A stretch of 63,844 nt of DNA, counting the filler, from Bigelowiella natans CCMP2755 (taxonomy: Eukaryota > Protista > Cercozoa), in the NCBI GenBank assembly GCA_000320545.1. It is 8 parts of 8 records of this genome, joined end to end, with 100 filler letters (N's around TTAATTAATTAA, not from the genome) between each part and the next. Parts side by side here need not be neighbours in the genome. Positions count along the whole stretch, not along the records: positions 15,496 to 23,761 come from ADNK01000971.1; positions 23,862 to 36,554 come from ADNK01002825.1; 6 more parts are not named here. One strand, written 5' to 3'. This document shows, piece after piece, positions 15,749 through 27,849 of this stretch. The position numbers and the translations under genes were made by a program. The notes under the pieces were generated by a model. It did no database searches, was not told where the DNA came from, and saw only the letters and a list, made by a program, of their open reading frames with translations. The stretch's first letter is position 1. Every line of letters starts with the position of its first letter.

Positions 15749-17328
15749 TGTAATTCTACATCTCGTTCCAAGCTAAAAGATCGTTTTGCTTTGCTGTTCG
15801 TGTGCTTGAGTGAAAAGTAACATCTTTCTTCTGCAATGAAGGTGTTGCACCACATCCGTATTTCTTTGGTCAACAAGGAAAGGTGCGGTGTACACATGCA
15901 CACGCGCATCCAAACCCATCCAAACTTTAAATAATACTAAACAAACCCCAGCAACGTAACACACCGATGGGGGGCATGCTTTCCCTTGTTTGTGTGTTCA
16001 TCTTATCTTTTTCTTCTTCTTCCTCTTCTTCCTGTTTTCCTCCTCTTTCTATGCCACTGTACTACTACCACCACCACCACCGCTAACCGTGTCAATTATC
16101 ACCATCACCATCATCATCATCATCATCACCATCATCGTTAATTCATCATCATCAGACTAAGCTTCCAAGTCCGCGATGTGAAAAAACGAGCCCTCTACGA
16201 GTTTGAGTCCAAAAAACCTCCCTTCAACCTTGAGGTATTAGCTGCTGCTGGTGCTGCTGATCTGCCGCACGTTTAATGAAAGCGCGCACTAGATCACAGT
16301 TACGAAATGAATCGTACTTCTGGAAGATGAGTTGTTCTCTTCTCTCCCCCCCCACCCCCCCCCCCCCCCTCCTCTCACAAGGGTATTCATCTTGGTACGT
16401 CATCTATCTATCCTTTAACGTTGGTAGAAAGCGGTGGTGTGTGCATGGCACATTGCGGTACGCAAAAGATCATATCTGGCAGTGGTGTGTTTGCCCACAT
16501 GTGGTGTGCGTTGTTGTGAGTAATTTAGTGTTTATTTTGTTGCCACTTCGTATCAGAAATGTGATGCTGTGCGGTCACGCAATGTATATTGATTACACAT
16601 AGCTATATATTTGTGTAAATGTGTAGCATTGCACAGCTACATTAGGATGACAATTGAAAATATTTAATCACATCATCACATCGACCTCATGCTGCTTACG
16701 CATGCATCATCGCATGTGTGTGGCATGCGTACGTGTGCGTGTGTGTGCGCATGTGATGGGGATCGAGAACTCGATCCGACCCGCCTGCTGCGGTGTGGGC
16801 ACGCACACATGCACATTGTCGTTCGTCAGCTGTCGTCTAGCTGTGGACATACTGCGATGACTACACATGATGTGTCGCATGCGCATGTGCGCGCACGTCC
16901 AAGTTATGCTCAATGTGCTAGATCGAATGGGTCATCAGACTTGCATGTGCACGTTTTCTCGCATCATGGGAACATGACATGACCCGTGCATCATGCATGC
17001 ATGCTAGTAGGTTGTAAGGTGCTCTAACATTGATCCAAAAGTTTCACAATCTCTGACTGATTGATTTCCGCATGGGCTAGATGGGTGATTCAAAGCTAGT
17101 GAGTGGAATAGTTCGAAAGCAGACTAGCTAGGGCCTCAAGCAAGCGCGAGCGCATGCACATGTGCACGCACAATGCGCTTGTGGTGTAAATGCTTCGTTT
17201 AAAAACGACCCATTCTACGTTCAACATATAGACCGATGATCACCGCTCTGCCCTCAATGCCTTCGGGATCGCCATGCGAAGTAGAAACGGAGAAAACAAG
17301 GAATCCTTCTCACATGTGTGCGCACAAA

Positions 17329-18134
17329 TCAACCATCCATTTGGAATGTGAACCTAGACTCTTTTCGGACAGCATCTGTCATGTTGTATTCCTTCAGAGC
17401 ATCCTGAGGAAAGAAAAATGAGACTCATTCCTCGAGCGACAAAAGCACAGCTTTTACCACATGTGTTTATATGCAAAAGCTGCGAAAGTTCTTAGTGCGT
17501 TTCATACCTCTAATTGCCGGATTCTTCGATTCTTACTTTTAACCTTCTCCATGTAGCGTTGGACCTCAACACCGAGTCGCTCTAGCAGCTCCTCATTTGA
17601 CTTTCTTGACGATGTAATTGTATCTTGAAGGCTCTTGTTTTCAGCGATTGTTCGTTCGTATTCATCCTTGATCGCAAGTATAATCCGGTCTCGGTTTTCA
17701 ACTTGCCTCCATGCTTCAACGGCTTCTTCGCCGTAGCTATCACCTTTCCCTTTCTTTTTCTGCAATCGCTTCGGCGTGGATCCCCTACTTCCATCTCGCC
17801 TATTGTGACTTTTGAATCTAATGATTTCTTTCTCTAGACGCTCATTCTCTTGCTCTAGCTGTGCAGCATGTGCGAGCTTCTGTTCTAACACTCGCTTTGC
17901 AAGTTCGTGCTTTTGTAGAAACTGACCATCTACGGTTAGTGGTTCAAAAGCAGGCGCATCGCCGTTAGCTTGTTCACTGCTTTTCTCATCGTAAAGAGTC
18001 GTAACGGAACGGATCACTTCCCCAAATTGATGCTCCACGGCCTCCAACTTGATTTCGAGTTCATTGCCTTAGGAAAGAAGACACACACCCAAGAAGTGGT
18101 CGTCATTGAATATATGTTGATATACACACACACA

Positions 18135-18218
<84 letters not shown>

Positions 18219-19287
18219 TAATATTTTATGTATAAATATATTATACATATGTATTTCTTTTGCATATGTGTTGTTCCACGCACTGTTTCTGACTAAAATA
18301 TCGTACTTCTTTTCCGCAAATCAGATTTTTGTTTCTTCAGCGTCTCTATTTGGGAGTTCATAATGCGCATTTTTTGGATTCCAAGATCTTGCTGCTTTGA
18401 TATGGCCTCTAATGCTTCACGTGTAAGCGCAGCCGTCTCAGAAGCGCGCGTGTTCTTCGTCTGTGCGATGTGGAGCTCGCCCTCTTTCTCTTGAACCAGT
18501 CTAAGGGCACTTTGAAGTCGGGTTTGTAGCTGTGTTATTTTGAAGACCTGCTCCTCGTGCTTTGGGCTCAGTTCCAGCTCTGCAATTTTAGTTTTCATTG
18601 TCTTCTCCAGAACAAGCTAGTTATCAACAGAACTGGAGTCAGTGAATATTTTCATGTGCAGACCGTCCATAAAAATATCATCGTATCTGCCATATTTCCC
18701 TCTGCGTATATTACTTCTCAGTTTTTAAAAGAAAACATACACATCTACACTGACACACACGAGAGCACACAAAGACGAACGCACATATATCTGTTTCGCT
18801 CTCACTCACGATGGTGTAGAGAATGATCAACCTGGTAAGACCGCAGATGCTCGTTCTCCTTCTGTTCGCTAATAAGGAGATCCTCCATTTCTAGAAGTTT
18901 CTCCCTTGCGTCTTTGAGAGTCATATCGCGCAAGCGAGTTGGATCTAGTCTTCGCATCCTTCGATGAAGGTACATGCTCCTTGCATCGGTCGTTCCTATC
19001 CCCGCCCGCTTGGCATCTGTTTCGTCCCCTGAGACAGTGAAAATTTAATGTGAATAAACCATGTCCATCGCTAAAGCGTGAATTATGTGCATCTCTACGA
19101 TTAAAGGGCTACTTTTGGCGTTCTTCGGCGATGGGCTTGGCGTAAACCGAAACCGGGCGGCCATTGACTCGGGGGAGGATGAATCATGTACAAGTGTAGT
19201 CAAGGCACCAGGTCGGGTGTTGGACGAATCGTTTCTGACTGCTGGGTTGGCGGGGTCCCGTCTTCTCATGTCATCACCAGAGCTCAT
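17329..19287 (-). CDS. Hypothetical coiled-coil protein, multi-exon
   Basis: ORFs 19045-19287, 18293-18598 and 17502-18047 with heptad-rich E/K/Q/L composition, joined by GT-AG introns. Confidence 0.6.
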
Positions 19288-20373
19288 GGTCTACGATTAG
19301 CACGAAGCATATCCTGGTGGGGGGGAAAGCACTGTTCTTTTAGTGTTTTCAACTCTTTATGATATTATCTGCCAGGGATTTCCCGATATTCCCGGTATTA
19401 TTACATTACTACCGGCATTACCGGGTAGTCGTCGTCTGACGACGACTCGTCGTCATCGGGCGAACAATTGGGAATGGCTTCTTCTGGATTCTGAACAACC
19501 CTTTCAATTGTCCGATGCATGGTGGTCTTGTTGGTTTGGGGGGGGGTGTGGATGAGTTAACACATTGAAAACGCTCCGGACATTTCGTTTGTCAATTCGC
19601 CGACACTCAAGGTAGCAAGCTAGCAAGTTCAAGGTTCACTTGACTTGTCGCTTGGATCGGATCGGTCTCATGGAGTGCATGCATCGCAGCAAACACAACG
19701 CAATGTTGCACTGCTGTCGTGGCGATGAGGCATCAATCAAAAGTACCGAAATCTCAAGATCTAGAGATGCAGCACAAAGGTCACACGTTCCAGCGTTCAC
19801 TGCTGGGTGACGTCCAGAATTGCAACGAACCCGAGGCCAAAACAAGAGCACGTTTTGCAAAGTTGCCCAAACAGCTTCTGTGCCACAGCTAGACAGGCCA
19901 GACAGCACTGATTAGTGCACGTTCTTGCATGTTTTTGCGATTTAATTAGAGATGCGATGGACAATGCTAGAATGCTAGAATGCAACAATGCGGCGCCAGA
20001 TGCGCACCTCCCTAGCTCCACAGCATCGCATGCTGCATGGCAGGCATGCACGCATCACCGCAGTGTCGTGATCGCAGTGCTTGCAATGATTATTGTGTCT
20101 TAAACTATGCATGACGGACGACTACTTCGGGCAAAGACAGAATGTGTGTAGTGGATGACAGCTATGCGCGTGCATGAGATTTTAACAACAATGACGACAA
20201 GATCCAGCACAGCGTGCTGTGGCGTGCATGATCGATGGGCACAGCATGTGCAGTCGATGGCAGGCAATGACAAGGTGCTCAGCACTACGTTGCTGTGTAA
20301 CTAAAGAAATCATGTGCAATGTGTGCCTTATCCGTCCTTTAGTGTGTCCGTCCTACGACCACACACCTTCGCT

Positions 20374-21880
20374 TCATAAACGAGCATCGCTCGTTGCAAG
20401 CTTCTCTGTGAGATTACAAACGTGCACGGTAAGGTCTTGGATCATCTTCTCGTAATGCTGCTTCGAGCTACTGAGATCCTCAGCCAACTTCTCAATCTAA
20501 AAAACGGAGGAAAACCAAAATTAAAGACATTGCTTACCATCTTGCAAGTTCATAGCATTGACGTCAAATCACCCCGCCACATATACCTCATCTGCTTGTT
20601 GATGGACTCGTTCCTTGGCTTCGTTATAGTACTCAGTGACCTTGAACAGCCGCGAGGCCGTTTTCTGCAGTAGGAGGTGCAGCTGCACAGCTTTGGCATC
20701 GGCCAAACTACGTTCTGTGTGCAGTCTCTCCATTTCGCGGCGGCTGTGCCTGATGGTCGCCCACACCCCAGATTCCACAACCACTCGCTTTGCATCGTGC
20801 TCTAGCGCGCGCGCGTCGTCGAACAGCAAGGCCGCCGCCTCTATCATTGCAGTTTCCCTCGTATCTCGCTCCGTTTGGTGTTGTCCCCTTTCCCTGCCGT
20901 AAGCCCTGGAGGACGGTGATGATGATGATGCAAGTTGTGCGCTCTGTGCCCCCCCCCTTTGATGATCGGAGGCTTTCAGCACCCTTCCAGAGGACGGTAT
21001 AGTCTCTCTTCCAAGACTTAGCACTTTGGCGTCACTGTTTAGTGGTGAGAGAGTTCTCTCTTCCCTGAGATTCTGCTGCTGCTGCTGCTGCTGCTGCTGT
21101 TGGAGCATGTCACCACCACCATCATTGGTACTTTTCTCTGCACCATCACCACCACCACCACCACCACCACGACCACCACTGAAGCCAGTACTACTACTAC
21201 TACTACTACTATTACTACTACTACCACCATAGGCCGCCTCCTTAAGTGAAGAAGACTCGGTAGTAGTAACATGGCTGCCTGTAACGTCGTTATTTTTCGC
21301 ATCGTTCCTTTCCACCACGCCCCTTCCTGCTGCTATTGTTTCCCCCATAGAATCACCCCTGCTGCGGGTAGCATTGTCGTCTCCTCCTCCTCCATCATCG
21401 TCGCCTCCTCCTTCACCGCAGTTCTCAGTCCCTTCCATGGCCTTGGCAGTAGCATTGAAGCTGCCTTCGGACGTTGTAGTAGTTGTGATGGTGCAGCCTA
21501 CCGACCCATAGCTCTCATCGGTTGTCGTGAACTCACCACCACCACCACCACCACCACCATCACCAGCAGCAGCAGCAGCATCACCGTGCGCTGTTGCCGC
21601 ACAATCTTCAGCCTCGCCTTCTTCTTCTCTTCCACCCTCAGCAGCAGCCCCTTCACCATGAAGCTTCTGGTGCTTGCTCACCCCTTCGTTGGTTCTAACT
21701 TGATGTTCTCCTACGTTGGCATCTTTAGCTTTAGTTCGGTTCAGAGAGGGGTGGGGCACAGAGACGGGGCGGGGGGAGGCAGGGGGGGGATAGGAGAAGA
21801 GAGGTTCACGTTGCATTGACTTCCGTTGAACAAGAATCACATGCGTAATATGTATTACTACACGCTAGACACACACACAG

Positions 21881-21944
<64 letters not shown>

Positions 21945-22226
21945 GATGTTAGCATACACAAGACTACTGTTGTGCGCATTGCGTGCATTCTTTGTTTCAT
22001 TCTTTCCATTCAGTATAATATAACAATCGCCTTTGACTTCACAAAGTCGCACCTTGGCTACTGTCTGGGTTGTCACCAGGGGAAGCTTGGTCGCAGCTCT
22101 CCTTCAAGTTGTTCGAATCAAATACACGATTCAACGTAACCAAGAATCGATGAGTCCTTGCTCGGTTTACATTCAAAGCGCTCCAGACGAACGCACTACG
22201 CACGGCCTCTGAGTAATGTTATATAT

Positions 22227-22262
<36 letters not shown>

Positions 22263-22286
22263 CACCGAAGATCTTTACAATACGTA

Positions 22287-22321
<35 letters not shown>

Positions 22322-22539
22322 ATCTGATCGGCACTCCTAGATTTATCATTCTGTCTTCTTCTCGATGTCTCCATAAAAATCATCTGTGGGTGCCACCATA
22401 ACTTCTTTCAAGCATACGAAACCCCACACAGCTACTATCATTACCACAACTGCCACTGCCTTGTGCATCGTCGTCTTTGATCTCCTCCCCCTCCCCCTCC
22501 TCTTCCACAGCGGGGACGAAGGAGGAAACGACGCTACTA

Positions 22540-22572
<33 letters not shown>

Positions 22573-22686
22573 TTTGCAGTAAGTTGCATGCGTAGGTGCA
22601 TTGCCCTTGTCAAGGTCTCCACAATGTCGCAAAAGTCTTCGATAACCGAGCATACCTGAACAAATGATATGAATATGTTATATATT

Positions 22687-22757
<71 letters not shown>

Positions 22758-23958
22758 AACACACCCTTTGTGACTGCTTGGACATTTCGATGCCACTTTC
22801 ATACAGCAGCGAGTGCACGCAGTCCTTGTTTTCTGTGCGGCAATAATAGTGAATCAAACTGCGATGAAACCACAGCCAGTACGAATGGGGCGAGAGTATG
22901 GATGGCGGTGGTGTTGTTTCATGTTTCAAGCAAAAGCGATCTCAACCGTGATTAGAGGGAACATGGTGGTGGTGGTGCTGCGGAAGCATCCCCACGCCGT
23001 CAGTTTCCTCCCCTCAAAACGCAACGTCAAATGTTGTAAATACTGAATATCTCAGCTGTTTTTCCTCAAGAGACGTCATGGGTCTCATTATCTTATAAAT
23101 TTTGTGCTTCCCCTCCCCCCCCCCCCCCCCCTTCGCCCCCCTTCTCCCGCTGGATATCGTTTCCCTTGCTGGCAGATGCGCCTCTTACCGTCGTCGCGCG
23201 TAATATCTGAGACGACTTGTGCAATCCCATTGACATTCTCGCACACGTATCTGTATGTAGCAGCAGCAGCAGCAGCAGCGGAATACAACGAATCGTCATC
23301 ATCATCATCATCATCATCATCGTCGTCATCTTTGTTACACATGCTCATCAGAATCCTCATCAACGGATATTATGTTCGTACGACGAACCAAACAGGTGTG
23401 TTGGCGTTATAGCTCCCAACAATCAAGGCAGAACTCATTGAGAGCTGCACAAATCTCTCGAAAATGGTGCCAGGAAAAAGTCGATGGTTTCTGGCCGCTC
23501 ACGACAACAGTAATCAAAGAACCTCAGATGAATCGTTTCGGTGAGATTTCATATCACGAATTTGGAAGAGCATCATCAGCACACGCATTTGCTCAATCAA
23601 ATTGTATATTCTTCACAGTAGTTCGGCGTACTTGAAGAAGCTGATGGCATGAGAAGAAGTAGGGTCGTCCTTGCTAGCGGAAATATCACTAGTTCTTGCC
23701 CCCAAGGCCAAGAGAAGCTAAGTGACACAGAGGAGGGGAAGAAGGGGGGGGGGGGGGGGGGNNNNNNNNNNNNNNNNNNNNNNNNNNNNNNNNNNNNNNN
23801 NNNNNTTAATTAATTAANNNNNNNNNNNNNNNNNNNNNNNNNNNNNNNNNNNNNNNNNNNNTGCCCCACATCATAGTTAGCACTTCCTATGCGACTGTTG
23901 ATATACGACGTGATCTGGTTGGTAACCATCACCGTATTTGCAAGATCCGCACACCTGC

Positions 23959-23998
<40 letters not shown>

Positions 23999-24337
23999 CT
24001 TATATATCAATACCAACAATAGCAGCATGTTTGAGGAGCTCTCAATTTCACAACAAGCTTTTTGCTCGAGATTATGCTCCTTTCAGCAATGGCGATGAAG
24101 GCCAATTTGCATGTTAGACCTCTTCGTCTTAATGCCGCTATCAGCAATACGCGTGCAGAAGTAGTGTGTGTGGGGGGAGGGGGGGGTGCAGTGAAAATGG
24201 CACAGCAGTACGGGAGAAGGCAGATGAGGCGGTCGGTATTCGGTACTAAGCTCATTGACATTCCAAGCTCCCTCTTGTACACGCCATTCACTCGATTCAC
24301 TGAGAAAATATCGGCACGCAAGTGTGTAAGTGTGTCA

Positions 24338-24377
<40 letters not shown>

Positions 24378-24756
24378 TTTAGCATAAATATACATCGAGT
24401 GGATATGACACCTGCAGTAACAATGGCCGATAGAACAGACGAAATCCTATTTCCATGAAACATAGAGTACTCTCCATTCACGGCGAGGGCAAGCCGGTAG
24501 CTGCATGGTGTGGCATTTACTTTTATTCAGTTATCAATCGTGGGGAGCACACAGTGAGGTGCAAAGCAGCAGAGGATACACTCTCCCAAGCTCAAAGTGA
24601 ATGAAATAATATCTGGCAGTAGGAGGTTGATTTGATTTCCCATTTTTATATATTTGTCTCCACAGCAATTCACAATATCGACGCTCTTACATGCGAATGG
24701 CGCCGTTCGGGGCGGAGATACTGGAGATTAGGTTTTGAAGGGAAGGTACTCTTTTG

Positions 24757-24788
<32 letters not shown>

Positions 24789-24960
24789 GTGATGAGCTGA
24801 TCTGCACGTACGATTACTGTCTCTCTCACTGATATAGTGAATGTTCTTTCTCCGGGAATACGATATGTAGAAGGTGTTTGCAAAGGATTGCAGATGATTC
24901 GTCGTATTGTCCGCTGGTGCAGCTTGCGAAGTTGGTGTTCTGACTCTATGGGGGACTACT
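20374..24960 (-). CDS. PPP1R21: PPP1R21 (FERRY subunit Fy-2/CCDC128)-like coiled-coil protein with low-complexity insertions; spans a gap, 5' end uncertain
   Basis: C-terminus 'ERSLADAKAVQLH...QQADE|IEKLAEDLSSSKQHYEKMIQDLTVHVCNLTEKL' resembles recalled PPP1R21 'LQLADSKSVHF...ISRLQDELTTTKRSYEDQLSMMSDHLCSMNETL'. Confidence 0.55.
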
Positions 24961-25699
24961 GGGTCTATATACATACTGAGGGGAATAAGAAGAAGACAAA
25001 GAAGGGAAACGAAAAGGAGAATTATTAGCAGAAAGCTAGAGAGGAAAGGGAGGGGGCGGGGAGAGAACGACGGTCATAGCGACAAGAATATCCCAGAGCA
25101 TATGAAATATGGGATGTACAAAAGAGTGCTGCCGTTTTTGTTTTGTTTTTGTTTTGTTTCTGTTTTCCAACAAGATCGGGTTGATAAACGTACAGTCCTC
25201 TCACTGGGCAGAAGATCTGTGCATGCAGCCCCGACGATGGAGAAATATCGATCTCTGCTGATATCCCCCCGTGGCCTATTGCTTTGCCATGGAAGGTGCG
25301 GATTGAAGGAAATCTACTGCTAAGATCCCTATGCATTGTCTGCAAAAGAGAAGCATATGGAAGGATGTCATACAGCATTCGTTGAATCTCGATTTATAAC
25401 CCAAAAATGGGTAACATGCGTTCGTGTATAGTACGTAAAATACGAATTCATATCCTGAAGTTATTAATCCTTTCAGTCTTATTAAAGCAAAGAGCGGAAA
25501 CTTGCAAGGATTCGAATCGGCCATATGCTTAAAGAGAGCTGGGCACCGTTGTTGTAGTCTCTTTGAGGGAGAAATCGACCAGACTTCCGTTGTATAGTGG
25601 GAGAGGGATGGATTTCCCTTCTCTGCAAACAAGTAAAACGAACCGAAAATCTCAGTGATCCGATGCCATTTCTTTTAGTATAGCAGGAGAAACATCGAA

Positions 25700-26690
25700 A
25701 GTAAGGGCATATTTTTCCGGCAAACACGCGCAATCACCTCAAAGCCTGTAATCTAGCCTCTAGGCTGTAGATGAGGCCCTCGGGAGGAATGTTGTTCCCT
25801 GTTTTAAACCTTCCCTCCACGTTGATTCCGCCCCCCTCCCAGTTGTCCTGAAGCTTGATCTGGCGCAGGTAGACCCCGACACGATCGAGCAGTATATGTG
25901 CACAGCATCGTCAGACAGATCTCGGCATTATTCCGCACTTCATATCACATCTAATGCATGGAGTCATCGCAATGTATTCCCCATAGAATGCATGGGCTTG
26001 TTGCAGCAAATCTGCCAGCAATTTGTTCTACCTGCTCGACTCCTAGGCTCTGAGGGGTGTGCTTCGAACGTTTCCACACAATTTCGCCCCCCTGCTGCCC
26101 AAGCACATCGGTACAGACCCCCATCGTTAGCCAAATGGCCACGAAGAGGGTCCCCATCCGAATTGTGGCGATCGAGCACAGCCGATGACTGTTCGAGGAG
26201 CTCCAATTCTGCGATGTGTTCCCGATGAAAATCGATCGTATTTTGATGTCGTTGTGGGAAATCGCAATGCAAATGTTTGACTTTTTTTTCTCAGTCAGTT
26301 GTTCCAGTCGCCCATCCTTGACCAGACCCGGGAATGGCAACTTGCGCCAGACGCCAGACAGTGATTGATTTTGGTGCGAAAGAAAATGAAACCAGGAATG
26401 GAGGATGAGGATGTGTCTGGAAAAAAGATGGACGAGGGTTTTCCGCATGAATTCGCTCACAAGAAGTCCCTCGAAGCAGATTGACACTGAAAAGCGACAT
26501 CGACGAGAAAATCGTCGCAGACGTGATGTTTCGCAGATGGCGCCAATGAGCCAATGAGAGAGATCGATGAGAAGGTCGTTGCCGATGCGACGATGCTGCG
26601 GACAGTGAACGCGTTCGAAAGAACGCAGGTGTGACGATTCAAGGGATCGTGACCGTCGGGGACCGAGGGATCGGAGAAGAAGATTCCATG
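25700..26690. pseudogene. Coding-like relics at and inside a TpA-depleted island
   Basis: Minus-strand 'GGINVEGRFKTGNNIPPEGLIYSLEARLQAL' and plus-strand 'MKPGMEDEDVSGKKMDEGFPHEF' / 'DIDEKIVADV' / 'EIDEKVVADA' segments, broken by stops and frameshifts. Confidence 0.3.
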
Positions 26691-27220
26691 ATGAACATGC
26701 AATGCACTGTGCACATGATGTGCTTTGTGCATTGTGCATTGCTGTGTCTGTCATTTCCCCAGCTAGCCAGTCCTGGAATGAGATTTCTCAGTGCGTCCCA
26801 AAGTGAGTCTTCAAGCTCCTCGATGGCCAGAATGCCATTCTTGATTCCTTCTCGTTTCACTGGTTGGACCTCACTGAACTCAGTTCGAGGCACTGCGTTT
26901 CGCACACTGCAAACATCTTGCAACGTTTTGAAAATGGAAGTGCAGTTTGTCATCATCATTTCATTGTTTCGTTCATTGTTCGACGGGCGCTGCATGCACA
27001 TGCCAGTCTCCCATGCGGCTCTGGCACATGCAGTTTTGCATCAATCAATGCTTCATTCATTGTTCATTGTTCATTGCCGCAAGTTGCGATGAGTGATTTT
27101 CAAGTTCGGTGCTTCAACAAATTCCGGTGACTTGCCCGGATTTTGCAGCTCTGGAGCTGTGCAATGCAGCCTAGCAGCATGTGCATGCATGCTTCATCTC
27201 TAGCTGCTTGCACAGACACG

Positions 27221-27259
<39 letters not shown>

Positions 27260-27458
27260 ATCTAGATGTGCTTTGTCTCTCACCATTCTTGCACCGCACA
27301 TTGCTAGATTGGCGGTGATCATGGACATGTGTCCATTGTGGTGTCTCTCTGGCTCTGTGTGCAGAGAACTCACACCATCTGCGATTCATGTGCCTGTTTT
27401 TCCATGCAACTGCGTCGATCTAGTGATGCGACAACGTCACTAGTCCGCTGCACGCAAG
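26241..27458. other. TpA-depleted, CTAG-retaining intergenic island
   Basis: By-eye count of 7 TpA in ~1.2 kb, all inside CTAG (26763, 27171, 27200, 27262, 27304, 27420, 27440). Confidence 0.95.
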
Positions 27459-27849
27459 TACGCAATGAGGTGCACAGCAAAACAAAGTCCAAATCACAAG
27501 CCACAAATTGCATGGTGCATGAGCACATGAGCTGTGTTCTGCATGTAATTACTTTGCTTTCCAATGTGCTGATGACACAATTGACTTCGTGGCACAATGG
27601 ATGAGCACAAATAAATGAGCTTGCAGGCTTCATCACGTGCTGAATGAATCTGCATGCATGTGCTACTTCAGTGATTCTGCGTCAATTCGTCATTGAGCTT
27701 GTCCTTCATTAACCATTTTTCTCACTTGATAGAAGCATCTGCATTTCACGAGAAACTGGCAACGACGCACTTTCCTTGAAAGCGAATACAATGTCTTGAT
27801 AGACCTGCATGATCACAAAAACATCAGGCGCATCTGAAACGTTTTCTGC

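Noticed and set aside
24040-24060. 'KLRAPQ' resembling the PPP1R21 KLRAQ motif
   Set aside because: The context is not coiled-coil and the frame is uncertain, so it is probably coincidental.
25951-27636. Many overlapping Cys/His/Met-rich ORFs on both strands (also at 3000-3377, 8393-9107, 16654-16982, 30239-31627)
   Set aside because: These are a by-product of TpA loss, which removes TAA/TAG stops and enriches TG/CA codons; they have no protein-like features.
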